Assembly (NCBI GenBank): GCA_965240325.2
Contig: OZ251228.1
Coordinates: forward strand, 806,001-870,000
Reading direction: 5' to 3'
From: Rebecca billardiae RCC1528
Lineage: Eukaryota; Protista; Haptophyta
DNA length: 64,000 nucleotides
Shown: positions 1 through 10,828 of the stretch, in pieces
Numbering within the stretch: the stretch's first letter is position 1
Layout of the letters: each line of letters opens with the position of its first letter
Translations under genes and position numbers: made by a program
Notes under the pieces: model-generated
Database searches by the model: none
Told to the model about the DNA's origin: nothing
What the model saw: only the letters and a program-made list of their open reading frames with translations

Positions 1-2030
1 TCGGCGAACTCCTCAAAGTACTCCTCCCACCTGTTGGGGTCGTACGGCGGCGCGAGCGCCCTGGCCTTGTTGAGCGCCTTCTCCACCTGCGCCCTGCGCA
101 CGCGCGTCGAGCTCATGCTCGAGCACAGGTCGACGACGGCCGTCTCGGCGCCCTCGGGCGCGAAGGAGTTGTCCGCGTCGGTGCGCAGCGGCGGCACCCA
201 CGGCGGCGTGGCGCGCGGGTTGCCCGCGGCGCGGTTGGCGATCGCGTCGAGGTCAACGCGGTCGAAGAAGACGTGCGAGCGCACCGCCTCGGGGCCGCCG
301 CCCTCCGGCGTCGGCGCGCCCAGCCGCGTCTCGTCGTCGAGCACCAGCAGCTTCTTGAGCAGCTCGACCGCGTCCTCCGGCAGCTTGGGCTCGTGCCGCG
401 TCGGCCAGATCACCTTGCCCGCGATGATGTTGCGCAGGATGTCGACGTCGCTCGCGGAGGGCGGGTAGGCGCACGGCGTGCGCCCGACGAGCAGCTCGAA
501 GACGAGGCAGCCGAACGACCACCAGTCCGCGGCGAGCCCGTGCCCGCGCTGGTCGCCGCGGCACAGCTCGGGCGCCATGTACTCGAGCGTGCCGATGCGC
601 GTGCGCGTGCGGCCGCGGCCGCCGCCGCCGACGTGCACGCACGCGCCCCAGTCGGCGAGGCGCGGCCAGCCGGAGCCGTCGATGAGGATGTTCTCCAGCT
701 TGATGTCACGGTGCGCGATCGCGCGCGAGTGCGCGGCGGAGAGCGCGAGCAGCACCGCGCCCGTGTAGAACGCCGTGTCCGACGGCGGCATCGGCGTGAT
801 CGCGTCCGCCAGCCGGAAGAGCTCGCCGCCCATGCACGCCTCGGTGATCAGGTAGACGAAGTACTCGTCCGCGGCGACGCCGTGCAGGCGGAGGACGGAG
901 GGGTGGCCCTCGAGCGCGTACATGCCGTCGCGCTCGCGCTTGAGCCGGCGGATCGCCGCGGACACGCGCTTCGTGTCGCCGCTCGCGGTGAGCATCGCCT
1001 TGGGCACCGCCTTGATCGCGTACAGCATGCGCGTCTTCTCGTGCCGCGCGAGCAGCACGACGCCGAGCGAGCCGCAGCCGAGCGGCCGCAGCATGTCGAC
1101 CTCGCCGAATTTGACGGTGCCGATGGACGGCTCGACGGGGATGCCCGACATGTAGCGCGGCACCGACGGGAACCGCGCGCGCAGCGCGGGCGTCGCGTCC
1201 CGACTCCCCGGCGGGTGGCGGCGCATCCGCGCGGGCGACGCGGCCGTCGAGCCGCCGCCCGCCGCAAAGCTCACGCCCGAGCGCTTGAGCTCCTCGAGCT
1301 CGAGCTCGCGGCGCTGCCTGCGCTGGCGCCGCGCGTTGCGCGGCGACGCGGGCTCGCTCGTCGAGAAGTTCTGCGCCTCCTTCGTCGCCCGGTCCATCAT
1401 CGCGCGCAAGTGCAGCGCGTCCGTGTCGTACGAGCGGTGGCGGCGCCGAGCAGCGCTTCGCTCCTCCGCAAACTCGCCCTCGTCCGGCGGCAGCTTCGCG
1501 GCGCCCGCGCCGAGCGAGCTTTGGGGCGGCGCGTGCGAGGAGGACGAGGAGCCCTTGGACAACGGCTTGCCCGAGCCCGAGCTCATGTGCGCGAACGCGG
1601 GCATGCTGGGGTGCCGTGACCCCGCCGAGAAGAGCGCACGCTCCGTCTCGCGCGCGGCGCGCTCCGCCTGCACGTCGGCGTCGGCCGCGCTCAGCGCCTG
1701 GCGCAGCTCGGCGAGCTCGTAGCGCAGGCGCACGATCTCTTGTTCTTGGGCCGAGCTCGAACTGTCGGTCGAATCGGCGCGCGCCGTCGGCTTACGGGAC
1801 ATGAGGCGCTTCTCCTCGAGTCTTGGCTTGCCCGGGGCCGTGTCCTCGGGCGTCGAGGGCGTGGCGGGCGAGACAGCGGGTGACGAGCGCCGCTGTGGCG
1901 AGACGCTGCGGGGCGCGGGGCGCACGGAGAGCTTATGCATGCCGGTGATGCGACCGACGATGCTGGAAGCCAGCGAGCGCCGGCGCTCCCCTGGCGACGT
2001 CGCGTCGTCGTGGTCGTGCTGGTTGGTCAT
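1..2030 (-). CDS. AGC-family (PKA/PKG-like) Ser/Thr protein kinase with N-terminal low-complexity/coiled-coil extension; 3' end lies beyond the window edge
   Basis: Manual minus-strand translation from ATG 2030 is open to position 1 (absent from the ORF track because there is no stop in the window). Motifs: LGCGSLGVV, YAIK, EACMGGELF, HRDIKLENILID, LADWG, IGTLEYMAPE, DWWSFGCLVFELLVGRTP, PPWVP and a C-terminal YFEEF. Confidence 0.9.
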   Translation of the reverse strand, partial: MTNQHDHDDATSPGERRRSLASSIVGRITGMHKLSVRPAPRSVSPQRRSSPAVSPATPSTPEDTAPGKPRLEEKRLMSRKPTARADSTDSSSSAQEQEIVRLRYELAELRQALSAADADVQAERAARETERALFSAGSRHPSMPAFAHMSSGSGKPLSKGSSSSSHAPPQSSLGAGAAKLPPDEGEFAEERSAARRRHRSYDTDALHLRAMMDRATKEAQNFSTSEPASPRNARRQRRQRRELELEELKRSGVSFAAGGGSTAASPARMRRHPPGSRDATPALRARFPSVPRYMSGIPVEPSIGTVKFGEVDMLRPLGCGSLGVVLLARHEKTRMLYAIKAVPKAMLTASGDTKRVSAAIRRLKRERDGMYALEGHPSVLRLHGVAADEYFVYLITEACMGGELFRLADAITPMPPSDTAFYTGAVLLALSAAHSRAIAHRDIKLENILIDGSGWPRLADWGACVHVGGGGRGRTRTRIGTLEYMAPELCRGDQRGHGLAADWWSFGCLVFELLVGRTPCAYPPSASDVDILRNIIAGKVIWPTRHEPKLPEDAVELLKKLLVLDDETRLGAPTPEGGGPEAVRSHVFFDRVDLDAIANRAAGNPRATPPWVPPLRTDADNSFAPEGAETAVVDLCSSMSSTRVRRAQVEKALNKARALAPPYDPNRWEEYFEEFA

Positions 2031-3333
2031 TGCGGCGGTGAGTGAGCCCGCTTGGACGTGCAGCTCGAGCCACCCGCTTCGGCGCTGTTCGTCAGACGCT
2101 CGGTCTTCCCAGTTCCCAACCCTGATTTGCCGTGATTACGACCGGCCGGTGTACCTTTTTGCGGCTCGGCGCCTACTGCCGGAAGTTCCCGGGTACGTAA
2201 AACGTCAAAGGAAGTCATGGCGCGAGCGGTTGCCAACGTTCGCGCAGCTTCTCTTGCGTGTGTAGTTGGGTAGAGTCTTGGTTGGGATTCTTCGATGCGC
2301 AACCGACATATACGAGATCAGTCTCCGGGGTTTATCACTACATATCGTCGTATCGTATCGACCCCTCTCCGAAAGCTAGACCGTATGATCATGAGAAACA
2401 TCGTCAATGTGATTACAAACGTGAACGTGTGGCCATTGATGAACACCACTTCAAATTTCATGATCATAGCTGATATAAAAAACGCTTCGTGATGGAATTC
2501 AATATTACGACCTATTGGAGTAATTTGACCTAGTCGGTGTCGATTGGCATAGGTACCTTAAAACAGCGGGGGCCTAGCGGCCTTTTCCCGGTGGGGCTGG
2601 TCGAACACAGCGCGTCTAGGACGCGACGGAGAAGCTTGCCAGGGCCGGCAGACCCGACGACGATGAGACGAGTTGGCCGTTCAGCGCTGACTAACGGTAT
2701 CATCCGAGCTGCCGCGTCTTCGCGCGTCGCGTGTGCGATTTAGCCATTAGCCAGGTGCGGCAGCGTGGCTCTCCCAGTTCTGCAAGGCCCACCGAGGCGC
2801 CAGCGAGGCGCGCGTCGATGCAGTCAATGCAGTCGTCGCTGCGCACGGCCGCTCGGGCACGGCGGCACGGCAACGGCACGCACCGATCACGCCGTGCGTG
2901 CGCGCGTCGGCCATCGACGCGTGGTAGTCGTGCAGCAACTGCAGTCCGCACGTCGTGCGCGCTGCTGCCGCCGGACGCCCAGATGGCGCGCGACCGCGTC
3001 GGTCGCGGCGGCCTCGCGCGCCGCGCGCGGTTCGGCTCGACGCGCGGCGTGACCCTCGCGGCGCTCCGCGTTGCGCGCCTCGTCCACGCCGTTCAGCGTG
3101 CTCGCCAGCCGCGCTGCGCGAGGCACGCGTCGAGCGCTGCCGGCGTCTCGCAGTTTGGGTGCGAGGCCGCGGGCGCGCGCGCGCCGGGGCGCGTGGCCTC
3201 GTGCGGGTGCACGGCGAGGCGCGCCAGGTCCGTACCGTTACCGTATTGTATAGGCGGTATGAACTGGGTAAGGGGGTACCGCTAAGATCGCCGCCAGATT
3301 TGTGGGAATCGCAACGACATCTCTATGCGGCGC

Positions 3334-3431
3334 GCGCAAAAATTAACCACATGCGCTTCGATTCCCGAGGCGTGCCTTAATTGGCGCAAAAATTAACCAA
3401 GTGCGTTCTCGATTCCCGAGGCGTGCCTAAT
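3334..3431. repeat. Two-copy ~50-bp tandem direct repeat
   Basis: gcgcaaaaattaaccacatgcgcttcgattcccgaggcgtgccttaat is followed by gcgcaaaaattaaccaagtgcgttctcgattcccgaggcgtgcctaat. Confidence 0.85.
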
Positions 3432-6400
3432 CAAAAAACGTTTGAGGCCCCATTCTTCGTATTCCTACTCCGGTATTACTTGGGACAGCAGTACGTCACA
3501 CCCAATTAAAGGGGGTCGGAGCTGGGTCTCCCAGGGCTTTGTCACGAATTAAAATTGTTTAAAGCTGTGTTCACCAGAATACGATCGGCTACACCAATCT
3601 TCCGGTCGTAAACAACGAGGTTGAGGGCGCACGGCCCTGGTAGTTCCCTCGCGTTCTTCACCGAATCACGATGCGCGCGCCCGGCGCGTTGCCGTGCAGG
3701 AGGCGCGGCCGGCGCGGGCGCGAGTAATCGACGCGATCGACGGCCTCGGGGGGCTGCGCCGTGTCGAACTCGACGCGCAGCAGCCGCAGCGCCTCCGCCC
3801 GGTGCGCTTCGGGCAGCCCTGCTGTGGCCGCGCGCAGCGCAGAGATCGCGCTCGGCAGCTCGCCCGTCTCAGCCTCGCACAGCCTCGCGCGCTCGGCGGG
3901 ATCGGCGCAGCGTCGGATGAATGAGCTCGCAGCTCTGAGCTCGCAGCTCGTCGGCCGGTCGGCGGCGGGAAAGAGCGTCGCGAGCAGCCGCGGCTCGAGC
4001 CTGTCTACGACCTCCCGCAGCCGCAGCAGCCGCTGGCCTTGCACGCCCTCGGCGTCTTCCCCTCGAATGCGGGCACAATGAGCTCCCCACGGCACGTGAC
4101 ACCCTGGATTGCGACCTTTGTCTGTCAGCCTCGCCGCCGCGTCGATCGATGCAGTGCGAGGGCCGCTGTGCGCGTCGGCGCCGCCGCGGGTGCTGTCGGC
4201 CGACGGCCTGGAGCGCGAGGGCGACTGCGAGCACGGGCGAGAGAGGAGCACGGCGTCGCCCGTAGCATATGCCACCTCGCCATCGTCGCGGACTCGCCGC
4301 TCGCAGATCTAAGCCCAGCCTCGTCGCGAGCAAAACAGATGTCCGCGCTCGGCCTCGTGCTGCGAGGACTGGCGCCCAGCCTCGTCGCCCGCAGATCTGC
4401 GCGCGCTGCTTCAGCCGCGCCGTCATGCGCAGCCAGAGAGAGAGAGGCTCACGGTCAGCACTCCGCACGCGGAGCCATCACAGCGCGGCCATGGTCATGG
4501 ACGGCGCGAGCGTGAGGGCTTGGGCGAGCGACTTCCCGCGAACATGCCGAGAGTTCAGCTGCGCGGGCGTGCGGCGTGGCGCGCGCGGGCGCGCGCATGG
4601 TCAGCTGGAAAGACCGAGCGAGAAACGCGCCTCGCCCCCACACGCCACGCGCTTTCGCACCCAGAGTATCACACACGAGGAGCCGACGAGCCGGTCGACA
4701 ACTCGGCCAGCCGTCGGGAATCCTGCGACGAGTGCTCGATTGGAAAACGCACTGGGCCGAAGAGGCATGGCAGGGCGGGGCGCGCGGAGTGAGCGAGGCA
4801 CGAATGCGATGGCGACGGCCCGGTTGGGACCCGCCGCGCAGCTGGCGCGCACCAGCGCTGAGTCTTGTCGGATTGAACGATCGTGCCTGCGTCACGCATT
4901 GCCCGCCTCAGAGGCTTTGCTCGAGCCCGCTCGTTCGTGTGGCAGGGCTTTTGTATCATCGCCGGCGTGAAGCCGTGTGATGAGCGCAGTATTTTATTAA
5001 TCTCGGAACGGGAGCCATAAATAACTACTATCATACTGATCAGAAAGGATGACGGTTATGAATCGCGCGCGGGAAGTGGAACCGGGGAACGCCTTCGGGC
5101 TACCCGCGTCAATGATATTCTGAGACATTAGGGCTCTCGAAACGAAGGCGTGTGGCTTCGGCCTACGGCAGTGGGCCCTGGCCTGACTGGGGGGCAACCA
5201 GAGGATGCGGCCCCGAACCTCGCCTTGGCGGCTGGCTGGCCTGGCCGGCAGCTGACTGACCAGGCAGCAGCCCCGCCCAATCGGTTTAACACCGGTAACG
5301 TGGCTTAGTGGAAGCCACGATCTCCGTATGTATCTGCGTCGCCCCGGTAAGCGGGTAGAGCATCGCATACGGGAGTAGTTAATGAGCGAATATTGGAGTG
5401 GAAGGTAAATGAACGTATCCTTGACGAAAGGTGTAATCACCAGCTTGTAGTGATTACTCACCTCGCGCTTAAGCAGCCCTCGAGCAGCTCTTCGCGTTCG
5501 GTGTCACACGGGTATCCGGCGAGTCCGGGTAGCCCGACACTCCTCCTCACCGAGTGCGGTGAGGTGCGAGTAAGCGTGTGCGTGTGTGCGGTGCGCGCGC
5601 GCGCGCGTGTGCGCGCGTGCGCGCGTGTGCGTGCAGCTCCTGTGCGTGCCCGCGATCAGCGGGCGAGCGATGCACGCGGACGATCTTCGTCTTCGGGTGA
5701 CACTCACCTACTTGAGCCGGGTGAGCGTCGTGGTGGCACCACAGAGGTGGTCCACCAAGCGCTTGAACTTGTCGCTGTGGCCGTGGAGCTCACCGAGCTG
5801 GAGGATCCACGAGCTGGTGTTGGCAGTTGGGGCAGGGCTGCACGGTGCACCGCCGCCCGGCACCGCGGCGCCGACGCGGCGCGCGCGCGCGCGCGCGCGC
5901 AGCCGCCTGTGGCACTACTGTGAGTCCGGGTGTGCCAGGCGTGGGCAGAGCGCTGTCCGGGCGTCACGTTACGCCATTCCTCGCGGCACGTCATGACGTC
6001 ATGACGTGACGTCACGTCATGACGCGTCACACACGCCCAGCCTAAGCCTTGGGCCGGGCGCGGCCCCGGAACTGGTGCCAACCGCGCCCGTCGCAACTCA
6101 CGGGCGGCGAACCGTAGCTTGGTTTACAGGCAATCGCGGGCAATGAGAAGTCAGAGATCTCACGGCTGGTCTCGATTTCTTAGCCGTTCGGTAGCCCGAG
6201 CGCCTACGGAGTCTCAGTTTCTTACGGCTAGGTCTGCCCGCCACGCAGTGCCGCGGCGCAGGCGCGGGGGGCGCAGGGGGGCAGAGCCCCCCGCTGAGTC
6301 TTAGGCCCGGCCGGCGAGGCCGATGAAAAATTTGGGCCATTTTTGAGCAAATCTGGCATGATGTTGCATGGATGCTGCGGTGCACTGGCCAGGAGTCAGT

Positions 6401-7240
6401 CATCAGGAGACTCAGTCGGGACTTGGCCTGTACGGTCACGTAGTCGGGCCGCGGGCCGCGTCCCACGGGCACTGCGCCTCGGGCCCTCGGCGGACCACTC
6501 ATCCGTCATCGGCCGCGGGCGACGTAGTCCCGGTTTCTTAGCGTGACTATGCGTATCATAGCGAACCAGCCAATCGCTAGTCTCAGTTTTTAGGCCAGAT
6601 CCGCAGATAGCAAGCCCCAGTTCTTAACGCGTGACAGCTCCTTATTGCCAGCGATTGCCTGCATGTAGTGTCAGCCCGGTCCTGAAAGGGCGAATAAATA
6701 ACTGCGCCGAACTTCTTAGGCGAAACTCGCGGCCCGAACGCCCGCTGGCCGCTGAGCTGGCCGGTAGTTAGTAGTACTAGTAGGCTTCGACGAACAACAG
6801 TTACGAGTAATATCGCCTGACCGGCCTTACGAGTTACCCCTGTTAAGTGTTACAGTACGTATATACTACGGTGAGTTACCGCCGCTCGGCCTCGGGGGCG
6901 CCGCACGGCCCTGGCCCCGCGTACTCGGGAGGTCGGGCGTTCGAGCGGACCGGGTCCGGGGTGCCACTGCGAGGCTCACGTCGGAGAGAATACCCGGCAT
7001 AGTCGTCAGCCACTCCCGACTCCGCACATTGTCTTGACACATGACCTTCACCTTGGACGAAGCAATACTGTTCATCAAAGTAGGGGCCGCGTGACGCCTC
7101 CTGTCAGATGCCAAGCACTGATCTGACAATGATGCGACTAATCAGTAATCACTATATATATAATCAGCACATGTATTGAAGCGTGACTTAGCACATGGCG
7201 CATCTTTAGTAGAGTATGCTTGGCACGCAGACATGGCCGG

Positions 7241-7762
7241 TCACAGGTCGATGTATCGTGCCGTCGAGTGCACCAACTCGCGCACAAAGAGTTCGATGAG
7301 GTGATGTCCATCATCGGGGCTCACCCACGCCTTGTGCGGCACGTCGTACACGTACCAGCGGGCGCCGGACACGGGCGATGCGAGGCAGAGCCGCTCCGGA
7401 TGGGTGCTCGTCCGGGGCTCGCGCATAATGACATACACGCCCTTCTCGGCCCCGAGATCGAGTGACAGCTTGTTCGAGGCCTCGTCCAACTCGACCGCGT
7501 CCGAGCCAAAGCTGTCCGCCAGTGCGCGCTGGATACGCAGGAGCTCAGCTGTGCCCGCGGTGCCACCCTGGGCGGGCGTCGTGAGAGTGCGCGCCCGCGT
7601 CACGAGGTGCATTGGCGCCAGCACGGCCGGTGCAGTGGTAGTCAACGTGGCGTAGCGCATCGACGCCTGCGCCCACGCGCCGACTGGGCGCAGCGCCGCG
7701 GGAGCCCTCGGTGTGAGCGCCACCCGCCTCGCCGCCGCGACCATCGAGGCCTGGACGCGCAT
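7241..7762 (-). CDS. FXN: Frataxin/CyaY-family protein (divergent) with probable mitochondrial transit peptide
   Basis: KLSLDLGAEKGVYVI...LASPVSGARWYVYD...WVSPDDGHHLIELFVREL follows the frataxin pattern (LTxxLG..GTYVINKQ..QIWLSSPxSGPKRY..W...DG..L.ELL..EL). The N-terminus is Arg/Ala-rich and acid-free. Confidence 0.8.
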   Translation of the reverse strand: MRVQASMVAAARRVALTPRAPAALRPVGAWAQASMRYATLTTTAPAVLAPMHLVTRARTLTTPAQGGTAGTAELLRIQRALADSFGSDAVELDEASNKLSLDLGAEKGVYVIMREPRTSTHPERLCLASPVSGARWYVYDVPHKAWVSPDDGHHLIELFVRELVHSTARYIDL

Positions 7763-7863
7763 CGCCGGTGTTCGTGCGCACTCTCGAGATGCGAAAGCGG
7801 AGACTGCGCACGCGTGTGCGCGGATCCGGTTCAGACCTGATCTGCTCCGGACTGGAGTCCTTG

Positions 7864-9640
7864 GGCTTGTCCCCTACACCCCTGGCTCGGGGGGACGGCT
7901 GCCGTGGCGGCGGTGGGTGCGTGCTCGCCGAGCGTCCTAGCGGTCGATTGCGGGGCGTTCCGTGGCGGCACGCTGGGCGGGGCGGGCTCCAAGACATAGG
8001 GGAACGTCGACAAAGCAGCCCACTGATGTCTCTCCTCGCTCGTCGCCCTTGCGGTTGGCGCGCGCAACCACTTGCGAGCTTGACCTTGTGCGAGCGGTCA
8101 CTTCCTGCCAGCCGACTCGACATTTGGGGAGCCTGGGCGCGAGGAGATGGCTCGGGGAGGTGGGGGTATGTATGCACAATGTATACGTACACGCGCGCTG
8201 GACGTCCGACCCCGCACGCCGCATGAAAGTGGTCACGTTTGGCACGCGCGGCGCTCTCGCGTTTCAAACGGTGTGTGCGCACGACATTTCCAGCGTCACG
8301 GATCACTGATCGAACTGCTTTGCTGGTCGCCGATAGCATATATCAGCCTACCCGACTAGCCCCATGCGTCACGGCCGGGTCTTGAGTGCTATGACACCAC
8401 TTGTAGCAGCTTCTTGCACGCTAGGCACTGCCACAAGCGCCGCGAGCCAGCTTTGTGAGCATTTGAACGCAGACACAAGGTGCCGAGGCAGTCTTCCGGG
8501 CGAGGCAATGGCATGGGAGTCAGCGCCTGGTGTTGTACAAGCAAGGTGACGGCGCGCACACGCGCGACTACGTGCCACAAGGTCTGCGATACCCGCGGGC
8601 CGCCACGCTCGCGCGCCCGTCGCTCCTCCAGCCGCCGCTTGGCGACGCAGCCCGGACTCAGCGGCACTGGTCGTCGCCGCCCGGACAATGAGGGGGGGGG
8701 GGGGGGGACCTCGTTGACGAAACCCAGGGCTTATCTCCTAAACCCCTGGACGGGTAAATCCAGGTCCCCCCCCCCCCCCTGGGGTCCGGGAGACCGCGAC
8801 CAGTGTCGACGCTGAGTCCGGGCGACGTCGCCAACTCGCCAAGCGGCGGCTGGAGGAGCGACGGGCGCGTGAGCGTGGCGGCTCGCGGGTATCACCGGCC
8901 TTGTGGCACGTAGTCGCGCGTGTGCGCGCCGTCGCATTGCGTGTACAACACCAGACGCTGACTCCCATGCCATTGCCACGCCCTGAAGACTGCCTCGGCA
9001 CCTTGTGTCTGCGTTCAAATGCTCACGAAGCTGGCTCGCGGCGCTTGTGGCAGTGCCTAGCGTGCAAGAAGCTGCTACGAGTGGCGCCATAGCACTCAAG
9101 ACCCGGCCGTCACGCATGGGGCTAGTCGGGTAGGCTAATCTGTGCTATGGGCGACCAGAAAAGCAGCTCGATCAGTGATCCGTGACTCTGGAAATGTCGC
9201 GCGGCACACACCGTTTGAAACGCGAGAGCGCGGCGCGTGCCTAACGTGACCTCTTTCAGGCGGCGTGCGGGGTCGGAAGTCCAGCGCGCGTGTACGTATA
9301 CATTGTGGATACATACCCCCACCTTCCCGAGCCATCTAATCGCGCCCAGGCTCCCCACATGTCGAATCGGCTGGCAGGAAGTGACCGCTCGGCACAAGCT
9401 CAAGCCCGCAAGTGGTTGCGCGCGCCAACCGCAAGGGCGACGAGCGAGGAGAGACATCAGCGGGCTGCTTTGTCGACGTTCCCCTGCGTCTTGGGGCCCG
9501 CCCCGCCCAGCGTGCCGCCACGGAACGCCCCGCAATCGACCGCTAGGACGCTCGGCGAGCACGCACCCACCGCCGCCACGGCAGCCGTCCCCCCGAGCCA
9601 GGGGTGTAGGGGACAAGCCCAGGGGTTTAGGAGACAAGCC
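7864..9640 (+). mobile_element. Non-autonomous DNA transposon (PIF/Harbinger-like MITE), copy A, ~882 bp, interrupted in its right TIR by copy B
   Basis: Left TIR ggcttgtcccctacacccctgg (7864-7885). Right TIR ccag|gggtttaggagacaagcc is split by the insertion (8724-8727 plus 9623-9640). 3-bp TSD TTG at 7861-7863 and 9641-9643. Confidence 0.8.
8728..9619 (-). mobile_element. Same MITE family, copy B (892 bp), inverted and nested in copy A
   Basis: Ends are ggcttatctcctaaacccctgg (8728-8749) and ccaggggtgtaggggacaagcc (9598-9619). 3-bp TSD CAG at 8725-8727 and 9620-9622. The body is the reverse complement of 7864-8727 with scattered substitutions. Confidence 0.82.
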
Positions 9641-9781
9641 TTGGGCGCGAGGTTTGGTGACGTTTGGGCGATGGCGCCCGATCCGGTCAGAAAACCCGGA
9701 CTTCAAGCACGTGGGCACGCAGGGCGGCACGCCTCTCGGACGCTTGGGCAGGGCTATCGCGCTGCACCCCAGCGCGCGAGC

Positions 9782-10828
9782 ATGGCGGTCGGCAAGAACA
9801 AGGGCTTCAAGGGGAAGCGCGGGAAGGGCAAGAAGGTGGTCGATCCCTTCACGAAGAAGGAGTGGTATGACATCCGTGCCCCCTCGATGTTCGCCGTGCG
9901 CAACTGCGGCAAGACGCCCGTGGTACGTGGGCGCGCCTCGCGTGTCTGCGCTCGCCGCGGGCCAAGCGCAGCTTGCTGGCCGCAGCCCGTCCGCACGAAC
10001 CGACTGGAGCGAGAGTCGCGTGCGCCACCGGCCGGCGGCGCGCTCGTCCGCGCGCGCTGGGCGTGCCGTGCGCTCACGCCCGCATCGCGGCGGCGCGCTT
10101 TCGCCACGCGCTCCTGCGCCGCGCCGCGCCGCGCCGCGCAGACCAAGTCGAGTGGCACGCGTATCGCCTCGGACTCGCTCAAGGGGCGTGTGTTCGAGGT
10201 GAACCTTGCGGACCTGAACAAGGACGAGGACCAGGCCTTCCGCAAGATGTACCTCGAGTGCGAGGAGGTGCAGGGCACCTACTGCCTGACCAACTTTTAC
10301 GGGATGAACTTCACGACGGACAAGCTCCGCAGCCTGGTGCGAAAGTGGCAGTCGCTGATCGAGGCGCACGTCGACGTGAAGACGACGGATGGCTACGTGC
10401 TGCGCCTCTTCTGCATCGGCTTCACGCGCAAGCGGCCCAACCAGCTGAAGAAGACCTGCTACGCGACCTCGGCGCAGATCAAGCAGATCCGCGCAAAGAT
10501 GCGCGAGGTGATGGTGCGCGAGGCGTCGACGGTCGAGCTCAAGGAGCTGGTGAACAAGTTCATCCCGGAGGTGATCGGCAAGGAGGTGGAGAAGGCGACG
10601 CAGGGCATCTTCCCGCTGCAGAACGTCTTCGTGCGCAAAGCGAAGATCATGCGCAAGCCCAAGTTTGACATGGTCAAGCTGCTCGAGATCCACGGCGACG
10701 TGGGCAACGAGGACACGGGCAAGATGATCGACGGCACGATCAAGGACGACCCGCTCGGCGTGGGCAAGAAGAAGCCCGAAATCGACGACGACGAGGGCGG
10801 GCCGAAGAAGGTCGTCGGCGACGAGTAG
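9782..10828 (+). CDS. RPS3A: 40S ribosomal protein S3a (eS1); exons 9782-9922 and 10142-10828, ~275 aa
   Basis: MAVGKNK...[29 protein letters not shown]|[25 protein letters not shown]...[48 protein letters not shown]. Intron GTACGT...CGCAG at 9923-10141 (219 bp). Confidence 0.97.
   Translation: MAVGKNKGFKGKRGKGKKVVDPFTKKEWYDIRAPSMFAVRNCGKTPVVRGRASRVCARRGPSAACWPQPVRTNRLERESRAPPAGGALVRARWACRALTPASRRRAFATRSCAAPRRAAQTKSSGTRIASDSLKGRVFEVNLADLNKDEDQAFRKMYLECEEVQGTYCLTNFYGMNFTTDKLRSLVRKWQSLIEAHVDVKTTDGYVLRLFCIGFTRKRPNQLKKTCYATSAQIKQIRAKMREVMVREASTVELKELVNKFIPEVIGKEVEKATQGIFPLQNVFVRKAKIMRKPKFDMVKLLEIHGDVGNEDTGKMIDGTIKDDPLGVGKKKPEIDDDEGGPKKVVGDE

Noticed and set aside
273-1619. 448-aa plus-strand ORF
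   Set aside because: Antisense shadow of the minus-strand kinase.
2258-2530. AT-rich patch with short ORFs, possible organellar or viral insert
   Set aside because: Too short, with no recognisable protein or RNA similarity by eye.
3658-4275. 205-aa minus-strand ORF, partly helical-looking
   Set aside because: No recognisable motif and no clear gene structure. It may be a decayed gene or transposon fragment, but I cannot support a call.
9620-9632. Telomere-like GGGTTTAGG
   Set aside because: A single unit that is part of the MITE TIR, not an array.
9290-9781. N-terminal extension of the RPS3A ORF in the track
   Set aside because: It derives from MITE and promoter sequence. The conserved eS1 start is MAVGKNK at 9782.
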